Source: Mytilus trossulus (lineage: Eukaryota). From it: a stretch of DNA of 64,000 nt. The stretch covers positions 29,264,001 to 29,328,000 of the forward strand of contig NC_086377.1 of assembly GCF_036588685.1 (NCBI RefSeq), written 5' to 3'. Under the pieces are notes generated by a model. The model was not told the origin of the DNA. It ran no database searches and worked only from the letters and a program-made list of their open reading frames with translations. Below are positions 27,001 to 39,000 of the stretch, piece after piece. Within the stretch, counting starts at the first letter, position 1. Each line of letters opens with the position of its first letter. The translations under genes were made by a program, and so were the position numbers.

Positions 27001-30000
27001 ACATTTCGTCCATGTTGTCTCCTTATCAGATCTCAACTTGCTGATCATTTTTTGCTATTTAAAGATAAAAGGCAAACATACTAAATTTTGTATGACGTTC
27101 ATTATTACTGAACTAGTTCAAATATTTGTTAAGGGGCCAGCTGAAGGACGCCTCCGCTTTCGGGAGTTTCTCGCTGCATTTAAAACCCATTAGTGGCTTT
27201 TGAATGTTGACGCTCTTTGGTCGGGTTGTTGTGTCTTTGACACATTCTCCATTTCCATTCTCAATTAAAAATGGGCAAAGAGCGATAACTCTGAACAGCA
27301 GTCGACTGACATGTTTGGCCATTCAACTTATTTGTAGATTAATAAATAAATGTTTGGTTATTCAAGCTTTAGAATTTATCTAAAATTACATTAGGATGCA
27401 AACAAAACGCAAATGATTGGTAACAATTGTTATCAAAGGGCAATAACTGAAATAAGGAGTCGTCAGAAAATTTCAACTTTGTCTTGTCTCTCGAGCTGAT
27501 CATTTCTGATATTTTGAAATTTTCTTTTTTATCTAAAATTGTTGAAGGCAAAACGTATTACAGGCAAAAATAACATACAAACCGTAAAATTTGTGATGTA
27601 CGAGCAATAACTGTTTTAATGAGTAAAGACAGATCTCAGCATAATTCACACATCTACCAAGATTAATTATCTTTCCAATTATCTCTATTTATAGCAGTTT
27701 CATGATTAAAGACACAAACATGCATTTCCCCTCATGTTCTATTTTTAGCCATGTTGAATTTGGTCAAATTGTGAAATAGAATCAGAGGAGAAAATTTGTG
27801 CAAAGTTATCGCAAGACGGGCGACGGACGTCGAGTTATAAGTCAAGCTAAATTGGCCCTTTAGGCCAGATGAGCTAACAAATTGAAATGATTAACCAGTT
27901 ACCACATCAAAACTTTGTATTTTAATCACCACACACTTTGTATTGCACGATTGCTAAGGGACGACATCAAAAGATCGAAGTAGAATAAAAAAACTTAAAT
28001 CAAATAGTTTGGGGGTGGGGTAAAGATTCTGTAAGTTTTGTATATATAAAATCGATCTTTACATATATCCCTATTGGTCAATCAATTTTTTTCCAAATTA
28101 AGTTAAGAGGGGGTGGGGGATGGTCAGTAAAAAAAATGTGTATTAAGTTTTTTATCCTACATTGAACTTTTGATGTCGTCCCTAAGAGGACAACAAATGT
28201 AAAGTTTCACTATAATTTGTGTAGCATATATCAAATCAAATATATTTACAGGCAAACACAAACACAAAGTACTGATGCGCATAGTCATACATGTAGTAAA
28301 CAACTTTATGAGCGTATAACTGTATTTACTTACCAGGTTCTCCTTTATCTCCGGTGGTGCCTTTACCTCCGATCATTCCTTTATCACCTTGTGTTCCTTT
28401 GTCTCCTTGTGTTCCTTTGTCCCCTAGAGTTCCCTTTTCTCCCTTCATTCCTTTAACACCTTTCATTCCCTGCATTCCTTTCATTCCTTTGTAACCTGTC
28501 TCTCCCTTCATTCCCTTGGTTCCTTTGTCTCCTTGTGTTCCTTTCCCTCCTGTCATTCCTTTGTCACCTAGTGTGCCTTTGTCCCCAGTCGTCCCTTTGT
28601 TTCCTGTCATTCCTTTATCACCAGATGTTCCCTTATCACCTTGTGTTCCTTTGTCTCCTTGCGTTCCCTTCATTCCTGTCATCCCTTTATCTCCGTATGT
28701 CCCTTTGTCACCATCTGTTCCTTTATCTCCTTGTGTTCCTTTCATCCCTGTCATTCCTTTGTCTCCCATTGTTCCTTTATCACCATCAGTTCCCTTGTCA
28801 CCATATGTTCCTTTTGATCCCTTCATCCCTTTAACACCTTTCATTCCCTGCATACCTTTTATTCCTTTGTAACCTGTCTCGCCTTTCATTCCTTTCGTTC
28901 CCTTGTCGCCTTGTGTTCCTTTATTTCCAGTCATTCCCTTATCACCTTGTGTTCCTTTCAGTCCTTTGACACCCTTCATTCCTTGCATACCTTTCATGCC
29001 TTTGTAACCTGTTTCTCCTTTCATACCTTTGTCTCCTTGGGTTCCCTTCATTCCTTTCATTCCCTTGTCGCCTTGAGTTCCCTTCATTCCTGGCATTCCT
29101 TTATCCCCTTGTGTTCCCTTTTCTCCATCCATTCCTTTGTCACCTTGGGTTCCTTTGGAACCTGGTGGTCCTTCTCCTCCTTTCTCACCTTTGTCCCCAA
29201 CTGTGCCTTTACTTCCTTTCATTCCTTTAATACCTTTCATTCCTTGCATTCCTTTCGTACCTTTATATCCCGTTTCTCCTTTCATTCCTTTAGTTCCTTT
29301 ATCTCCTAGTGTACCTTTCTCCCCTGCCATTCCCTTGTCGCCTTGAGTGCCACCTTGACCTTTGTCACCAATTGTTCCCTTTTCTCCTGTCATTCCTTTG
29401 TCGCCTTGTGTTCCTTTACTTCCTTTCATTCCTTTAATACCTTTCATTCCCTGCATTCCTTTCATACCTTTATATCCTGTCTCTCCTTTCATTCCTTTAG
29501 TTCCTTTATCTCCTTGTGTTCCTTTCATCCCTGTCATCCCTTTGTCTCCTTGTGTTCCTGGTGTGCCATCTGCTCCTTTGTCACCTTGTGTTCCTTTGAC
29601 ACCTTTGTCCCCAATTGTTCCTTTTTGACCAGTTACACCTTTATCTCCTTGCGTTCCTTTGTCTCCATCAGTTCCTTTATCACCGTATGTTCCTTTCTCT
29701 CCTTTCATTCCTTTGACTCCCTTCATTCCTTGCATTCCTTTCATTCCTTTATATCCCGTCTCTCCCTTCATTCCCTTTGCTCCTTTGTCTCCTTGTGTTC
29801 CTTTCATGCCGGTCATTCCTTTGTCGCCTATAGTTCCCTTTGGTCCTACGGGTCCTTTAAATCCTGTTTCACCTTTATCTCCAGTAGTGCCTTTCATTCC
29901 CTTCATTCCTTTATCGCCATCAGTTCCTTTGTCACCATATGTTCCTTTTGATCCCTTCATTCCTTTGACGCCTTTCATTCCCTGCATTCCTTTCATGCCT

Positions 30001-33000
30001 TTATATCCCGTCTCGCCTTTCATTCCTTTCGTCCCCTTATCACCTTGTGTTCCTTTGTTTCCTAAAAGTAAATTGCAGACGTGTGGATATTTAAAAGAAA
30101 TAAAAAGTGTTACACATCAGTTCTATTATTGCAATGGTTACCGGACATTTTAAAATACCAAAGTAACCAAACCAGGCACTTCATATCTGAGAAATATGCT
30201 ATATGTCGTCAATTTAAGATTGTTTTCTTACATTTTTGCATTAATTTAATTGACAAGGATCACCAGTCCCTCGCTTTTCGTCTGATATCTTTTAAATAAC
30301 TAAATTATTTTGTTTTAATGCCACGTGGCAAAGGCCTCACGGTGATTTGAGATGAAGAAATGCAATAAAAAATAAGGGCTTTTCCTTTACTGTGTGTGTG
30401 TGTATTCTTATTTTGTTCTTTTTATTTTGCTATGCAAATATTGGATTTTGTGTCATTGGTAGATACTCTAGTCTATATCATTTGTTTTTTTCTATTGTAT
30501 CTATTTTCAGCGGCTGACATCGTTTTGCTGTTAAAAAAAGAATGTTTTTTGTAACATAAGGAATATACACCCATTGGTGGCATTCGGCTGTTGTCTGTTC
30601 TATGGTCGAGTTGTTGTCTCTTTGACACATTCTCCATCTCTATTCTCAATTTTATTATTCAGTGGTATCTATAGGTTATAAACATCGTTTAAATCATTTT
30701 TTGTAGTTATGATTTCATCTTTTTTGAGGATGGATATTTCATAAAATTACTTGTTTGATTCTAAATTCCTTGATAATGAAATGTGTTTTAGAAGTCACAG
30801 AGAAAATGGACATTGTTTCCATTGAAGAGCAGTAAAAACATACTATGTTTGTGTCATTTTGGTCTTTTGTGGATAGTTGTCTCATTGGTAATCATACCAC
30901 ATTTTCTTTTTTAAATATTCCCGTTAATGTATGAAAAAAAGGTGTTTTTTGCGAAATAAAAAAGAATGTGTGTCCCGAGAAATAAAATCACCAGAACATG
31001 AGGTTGGTTGGCGATGGCTTACTTTACCTGCAATTAGTCAAAGTTTCATACTACATACCTGTTGCGCCTTTGTCTCCTGTCGTTCCTTTGTCACCTTGTG
31101 TTCCTTTTAGTCCTGTCATTCCTTTATCACCATCAGTGCCTTTGTCGCCGTCTGTTCCTTTATCTCCAGTCGTCCCTTTGGATCCTGTCATTCCTTTATC
31201 ACCATCCGTTCCCTTATCGCCTTGTGTTCCTTTAGATCCTTTCATCCCTTTGATACCTTTCATTCCTTGCATTCCTTTCATTCCTTTGTAACCTGTCTCG
31301 CCTTTCATTCCTTTAGTTCCTTTGTCTCCTTGAGTTCCTTTTAGACCTGTCATTCCTTTATCTCCTTGTGTTCCTTTATCTCCTGTCGTTCCTTTGTCTC
31401 CTTGTGTTCCCTTGTCGCCTGTCGTTCCCTTGTCACCTACTGTTCCCTTGACCCCTATTAGAATGGATGATTTAAAAAGAAATTAAAGGTCAATAGCAGT
31501 GGTGTCGTGTTTAAACCGTTCTTTATATAAAATAGATGTGGAGATGTATAAGTTATTTTACGACCGTTAAATTCATACTGTATACAAAATATTACAATGG
31601 CCTCTAAATTGCTATTTCAAAATTTGAATAGTTGCAATGTATTGAAGATGCAAATATCACTTATTGATTTCGAATGTCCGAAACGCTTTCTTTGTTAACC
31701 TTCATACGGATACATCAAAACCCGAATACTTGATATCCTCTGAATAACAAGACCTAAACATTAAACCCCGCTATATTATTTATGTATGTGCCTGTCCCAG
31801 GTCAGGAGCCTGTAATTCATCGGTTTTCGTTTGTTTATGTGTTACATATTTGTTTTTCGATTATTTTTTTTTACATAAATAAGGCCGTTAGTTTTTTCGT
31901 TTGAATTGTTTTACATTGTCTTATCGGGGCCTTTTATACATGTAGCTGACTATGCGGTATGGGCTTTGCTCATTGTTGAAGGCAGTACGGGGACCTGTAG
32001 TTGTTAATGTTTGTGTCATTTTGGTCTTTTGTGGATAGTTGTCTTATTGGCAATAATACCACATCTTCTTTTTTTTTATATTAAAAGAGTTCTGTAACCA
32101 AAGGGGATCTACAATTATCCAAAGTCTTCTGAGCTGTATATTCTTATGCTTTCATTTAGAGTGTTTGTAGTATGTGACCCATTCATAACATTTTACATAT
32201 TGATTGCAAGACTTATGGACTTTGTTCATTATTGAAGGCAGAACGGTGACCTATAGTTGTTAATGTTTGTGTTGTTTTGGTCTTTTGTAGATAGTTGTCT
32301 CATTGGCAATCATACCACATCTTTTTTATATCAAAATTTTATCGTTGTTATGATAATGTTTCAAAAGTATGTTCCGGAACAATATGGAACACAAATTATC
32401 CAAACAACGGCTCAATCTCAAAGAAGCGAATGATATGACTACATAGTTACGTTTTTTGGTTTGTTAATTTTGACGCATTTATGAATAAGATTGGTAGTTT
32501 ACAATCTGATAAAAGAACAACGATTAAATGATCCTTCCATCGCTCATTGTTGAAAGATTAACATCATTACTATAATGAAAAACTAAACTTATATATATAT
32601 ATATTGTGTCGAAGTTTGTATACTTTCCTCATTTTTCTTCTCGAAGTTGCCAAAATTATATGGTAATCCATTTCTTTGTTCTTTCATTTGTGTATTCTTC
32701 AATTTGTTTGAACATTTTTCTCTTTTTTTTATATATATAAATTGGCAATTTTTTACTTTTATTTTTTATTAATTGACAATCTTTGTATTTTCGGTTTTGA
32801 ATTTTTTGTCTTGTCTGCACTTTTACCCAATTAATAAAATTCCGAAAAAAACCCTCATACAAACACGTTCAATTTCACAGTGAATATGTGTGTCAAGACT
32901 AAGTGTACATAAAGCGATGTCGACATGTAATTTTATGATAAACTAACAATTTATTATTTTAATGATTTGATGCAGAATTCCGAAGTTGACTTGAGTATTG

Positions 33001-36000
33001 TAAGATACATAAGTGTCTTAAAGTATTAGCTGTAAGAGCCTATAAATCAGGTGTATTTCAAGCTTCAGCGATCCAATATTCCTGTTTCGAGCCGTGTATT
33101 AACGTGGTGGTTGTATTAAAATAGTTTATTAAAATAGTTTTATAGAATTAAAAAATTGGAATTATTGGTAAATAAACGTTTAAGGATATTGTACAATCAA
33201 TGTCAATTAGATATCTGTACAAACCTTTATCTCCTTGTGTTCCTTTATCCCCTTGCGTTCCTTTCGAACCAGGTGTCCCCTTTCCACCTTTATCTCCTTG
33301 TGTTCCCTTGTCACCTACAGTTCCTTTATCTCCATCTGTTCCTTTAGACCCTTTCATTCCTTTAACACCTTTCATTCCCTGCATTCCTTTCATTCCTTTG
33401 TAACCTGTCTCTCCTTTCATTCCTTTTGTTCCTTTGTCTCCTTGAGTTCCTTTAAGACCTGGCATTCCTTTGTCTCCTTTTGGTCCATCTTGTCCTATCA
33501 TGCCTTTGTCTCCTTGTGTTCCTTTATCCCCTTGTGTTCCTTTCATTCCTGTCAGTCCTTTATCTCCCTGTGTTCCTTTCTGTCCAGTTATGCCTTTATC
33601 TCCTTGTGTTCCCTTCCCTCCTGTCATTCCTTTGTCACCTAGTGTGCCTTTATCTCCCGTCGTTCCCTTATCTCCGTGTGTTCCTTTTCCTCCTGTCATA
33701 CCTTTGTCTCCTTGTGTTCCTTTAGACCCTTTCATACCTTTGACGCCTTTCATTCCCTGCATTCCTTTCATTCCTTTGTAACCTGTTTCGCCTTTCATTC
33801 CTTTAGTTCCTTTGTCACCTTGTGTTCCTGGTTGACCAATCATTCCCTTGTCTCCATTTGTTCCTTTTTCTCCTTTCATTCCTTTGACGCCTTTCATTCC
33901 CTGCATTCCTTTTATTCCTTTGAATCCTGACTCTCCCTTTATTCCCTTGGTTCCTTTGTCTCCTTGTGTTCCTTTCCCTCCTGTCATTCCTTTGTCACCT
34001 AGTGTGCCTTTATCTCCCGTCGTTCCCTTATCTCCTTGTGTTCCTTTTCCTCCTGTCATACCTTTGTCTCCTTGTGTTCCTTTGGATCCTTTCATCCCTT
34101 TGACACCTTTCATTCCCTGCATTCCTTTCATTCCTTTGTAACCTGTCTCTCCTTTCATTCCTTTGGTTCCTTTGTCTCCTTGAGTTCCTTTTAGACCTGT
34201 TATTCCTTTGTCACCTTGTGTTCCTTCCTGTCCAACCATTCCTTTGTCTCCCTGTGTTCCTTTATCCCCTTGTGTTCCTTTTGGTCCTATCATTCCTTTA
34301 TCTCCTAGTGTCCCTTTAGCCCCTATGAAATAATGTTTAATGATGTTAGAATAATATCTGTATGTCATGCATTGTTATTTGCAAGGATGTGAAAGAAGTG
34401 CTATAAGGTCCGAGTACACAGTTATTTTGTAGTGCATTTCTTTTAGACAATAAATGAAAATTTTAAAAATCCCACCAGCGCTTTCTCAATTATATTTTTA
34501 CAGTGTGTTGTACTACTTTTGGGACAAATTATATCAAAATTATGGCAAACTTCATCAGCTCTAACTCAAAATATGGACAATTTTATGTTAAGGGGGTCTT
34601 GAAATCTTTTGACAGCTTCCAAAGTGCTAGTTTTTGACCTTTTTCAGCTGGACCTTTTATTTATTTAATATTTATGACACAATTATTTTAAAAGTGTCAT
34701 TTCGACCCCCTACTTGCTACATGAGGCATAAAACATGGATAAATAAATTTGGAAGGGGTATAAAAAAAATTGGCAGGTAACACACTGTCCACACTAAGGA
34801 CTATATTTGTAAAGGACGATAACTGCATACTCGGGCCATCAATAGAAAAATAACGTTGCTCAATCTGCAGTCGATGTTAAAGTTTTCTAATCCAGTTTAA
34901 AAGCATGCAATTAAAAAAAAAGAGTCCGCAAGCATTACATTTTTATATATTACTTTTCAGTTTTTTTCATATGATATGAATTGTTTACAATTTGCAATGT
35001 TTGAAATAAAATCGGCAACATAGATTTCTTTATGACATTTACTTCTAGTATACAGATAAATTATAATCATTGTAATCAATTTCCGTAACACGTGGGTCTT
35101 TTTAGTTGTCCATTTATTTGCTTCATTTAAAGATGACCAAAATATAACCTGACATAGTATGATTATAGTCAAATTTAAAAAGATAAAAAGGAAAGGTTTC
35201 ACTGTTTTTCTTCCGTTCATGTTAAAAATATAAAATCCTTATTTGGTCCATGTTTTATTACCAACCCTGTTCAATCCAAAGTTACGATAAGTTAAAATAT
35301 ATCTATAAAATTCTGTAAATAAGCCTTTTAGTTTACCTATCATTCCTTTGTCTCCTTGTGTTCCTTTTCCGCCTGTCATTCCTTTATCTCCATCTGTTCC
35401 TTTAGCTCCTGTCCTTCCTTTGTCACCTAGTGTGCCTTTGTCCCCAGTCGTCCCTTTGAAGCCTGTCTCTCCCTTCATTCCCTTGGTTCCTTTATCTCCT
35501 TGTGTTCCTTTATTTCCCGTCATTCCTTTGTCACCTAGTGTGCCTTTGTCTCCAATCGTTCCCTTATCTCCTTGAGTTCCTTTCCCTCCTTTTATACCTT
35601 TGTCTCCTTGTGTTCCTTTAGACCCTGTCATTCCTTTGGCGCCTTTCATTCCCTGCATTCCTTTTATTCCTTTGTATCCCGTTTCTCCTTTCATTCCTTT
35701 AGCTCCTTTGTCTCCTTGTGTTCCTTTTTTGCCTGTCATTCCTTTATCTCCATCTGTTCCTTTAGCCCCTGTCATTCCTTTGTCACCTAGTGTTCCTTTG
35801 TCCCCAGTCGTCCCTTTGTTTCCTGCCTCTCCCTTCATTCCCTTGGTTCCTTTATCTCCTTGTGTTCCTTTCCCTCCTGTCATTCCTTTGTCACCTAGTG
35901 TGCCTTTGTCCCCAATCGTTCCTTTGTTTCCTGTCATTCCTTTATCACCAGCTGTTCCCTTATCGCCTTGTGTTCCTTTTGCTCCTTTCATTCCTTTTAC

Positions 36001-39000
36001 ACCTTTCATTCCCTGCATTCCTTTTATTCCTTTGTAACCTGTCTCACCTTTCATTCCTTTAGTTCCCTTGTCACCTTGCGTTCCTATTTGACCTATCATT
36101 CCTTTGTCACCTTGCGTTCCTTTTTCGCCTGTCATTCCTTTGTCTCCTTGTGTTCCCTTGTCACCGATCGTACCTTTATTTCCTGTCATTCCTTTATCGC
36201 CTAGAGTGCCTGGGTTTCCGTTCATTCCCTTTTCACCTTTATCTCCTTGTGTTCCTTTCGTTCCTGTCATACCCTTATCCCCATGCGTTCCTTTGTCTCC
36301 TTGTGTTCCCTTATTTCCAGTCTCGCCTTTATCTCCGTGCGTTCCTTTGTCGCCAGAAGTTCCTGAAAAATTAAGGTTAATGTTACATGTACATGAGTTG
36401 TTTACACTATGAAAGTGTATTACAATCAATATATTAAAAAATATAATAAAGTAAAACCACGTGATTGCAGAGTATCAAATACGCTGACCATTTGTTATGT
36501 TGTTTGCACGTATTAAAAGAATATGGGTGGAGGTACTTTTTCCTATTTAGACATGTGTAGAGAAAGCCGTGTGTGGATTATTTTTGTATATGTTTTGTGT
36601 AAATACACAACTGTTTTATTAATACAGGTTGTTTTTAAATTATATATGCTACACTTTTTATCCCTTTTTACCGGAGTGGTATGAGCGAAATATAATTTGG
36701 ATTAAGTCGTGTATCAAACAAATTTCAAAAGTTGGGCCTAACTGACTTAAAATTAGGAGCCAACTGAAGTCACGCTTCAGTGACCGCACAAAAGGGGTGG
36801 ACCCTGCCCCTCCCCCTAGATTTGCCTCTGGGATTCGCTTATGATACTGATTACAACCTGTATACATTGTAGTTTTTAATCTGTTTAAAACAAATTTTAA
36901 AGTACCGAATAAATTTTTGAGGAAATGTCATGTTATATATCATTTTATTTCGTATACTAGTATCTTAAAAAGAAAAATACTACTGTTTGATAATCTTTTG
37001 TTCTGTCTTCTTTGTGTTAAAGTTTAAAACATCTACCAACGATGGTAAAGGAAAGGTCTCTTTTCAAGCCTCCATATTGGATTTTAAATAATCAGTGAGG
37101 AACTACAGACAACCTTTAAACTTTAATAGTATTTATTGAAAATCAGGTGCGGAGGCCAGAGAAGCGACATTTATTAATAATATCCACAATGTAGTACAAT
37201 TTCAGCCTTTATGAAAGTACGAATTTAAAAACTTTATACTGTTGTAACTTGTAAAGCGATATCGACTGATTCATCATAAAAGTCACGTAAAAAGACATGG
37301 AGACCTAAGCTAAATCTAAAGTAACCAACCGTGTAAAAAACATACCTTTAGATCCTTTATCTCCCGCCATTCCTTTGACGCCTTTCAATCCCTGCACTCC
37401 TTTAATTCCTTTATATCCCGTTTCTCCCTTCATTCCTTTTGTTCCTTTGTCACCTTGTGTTCCTTTATTTCCTGTCATTCCCTTGTCCCCTTGGGTTCCC
37501 TTCGAACCATCTTTACCATCCTCGCCGTTTACACCTTTGTCACCTTGTGTTCCTATTGCTCCTTTGTCGCCTTGCGTTCCTTTATCTCCGGTTGTTCCTT
37601 TGTCGCCTTGTGTTCCTTTATTTCCTATCGCTCCTTTGTCTCCTTGTGTTCCTTTATTTCCTGTCGCTCCTTTATCGCCTTGTGTTCCTTTGTTTCCTGT
37701 CATTCCTTTATCACCTTGTGTTCCTTTGTTTCCTGTACCTCCTTTCATTCCCTTATCGCCTTGTGTTCCCTTGTCTCCTGACGTTCCTTTGTCTCCTGTA
37801 GTACCCTTATCTCCTGTTGTACCTTTATTTCCAGTAAATCCTTTGTCGCCTAGTGTTCCTTTCATTCCTTTGACGCCTTTCATTCCTTGCATACCTTTTA
37901 TGCCTTTGTAGCCCATCATTCCTTTCAATCCTTTGATTCCTTGTGTTCCCTGTATTCCTGCCATTCCTTTGTCTCCTTGTGTACCCTTGTTTCCTGTCAT
38001 TCCTTTATCACCTTGCGTTCCCTTGTCTCCTTTTATTGCTAAAAAGAAAAAGAAAACGATTTTATAACACGGTACGTTCTATAAACTAACGGAGCTCAAG
38101 AAAGGGAACATAAGATTAAAATTGTCTTTTAAAGAATACAGAATGATTCATTTATATGGTTTGTTCTATACCACATTTTGTTTTAAGGAAAAGTAAAATC
38201 ACAAAAATACTTAACTCCGCGGAAAATTCAAACGGAATATTCCTATCAAAATGGCAAAATCAAATGATAAAACACATCAAGCGAATGGACAACAACTGTC
38301 ATATTCCTGACTTGGTACAGGTAGAAAATTGTGGATTGAATCTGGTTGTATAGCGCTAAACTTTTCACTTGTATGATAGTCACATCAAATTCCATTATAC
38401 CGGGGTATTTAAAACGATGTGTAAACACAACAGACAAGATAGGTAAATTAGTCACAATATGGGTACATCAGTAAGCATTGTGTCACAATATGGGTACATA
38501 AGTAATCATTGTGTCACAATCTCATAACAAACGATGTAATCTACTTCGTTGTTTGTCTGTATATATATAAAAAAAGAAGATGTGGTATGATTGCAAACGA
38601 GACAACTGTCCACATGAGACCAAAATGACAAAGACATTAACAAGTATCGGTCACCGTACGGCCTTCAACAATGAGCAAAGTCCATACCGCATAGTCAGCT
38701 ATAAAAGGTTCCGATATGACAATGTAAAACAATTCAAACGAGAAAACTAACGGCCTTATTTATGTACAAAAATTGAAGGAACAAAATGTAACACATAAAC
38801 AAACGACAACAACTGAAATTCAGGCTCCTGACTTGGGACAGGCACATACATAAATAATTTGGTGAACATTTGCTAGTTTGTAAATGATTAACTTGTACTA
38901 GCATTATGGCTGTACAGAGTCATGTAATCTGGTTCGTTGTTAGTTTGTATATGAACATTTGCTATTTTTTAGATGATTTACTTGTACTAGCATTATGGCT

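Noticed and set aside
1897-37911. Long plus-strand Pro-rich ORFs (PLSPCVPFSPVIP...) and the Phe/Ser/His/Leu-rich ORFs
   Set aside because: These are antisense shadows of Gly-X-Y codons. They coincide with the minus-strand exons and are broken by random stops, while splice signals fit the minus strand.
2030-38038. Viral or bacterial horizontal origin of the GDK-rich collagen
   Set aside because: The similarity is only compositional. Spliceosomal introns with host repeats and a signal peptide fit a native gene, and nothing here supports transfer.
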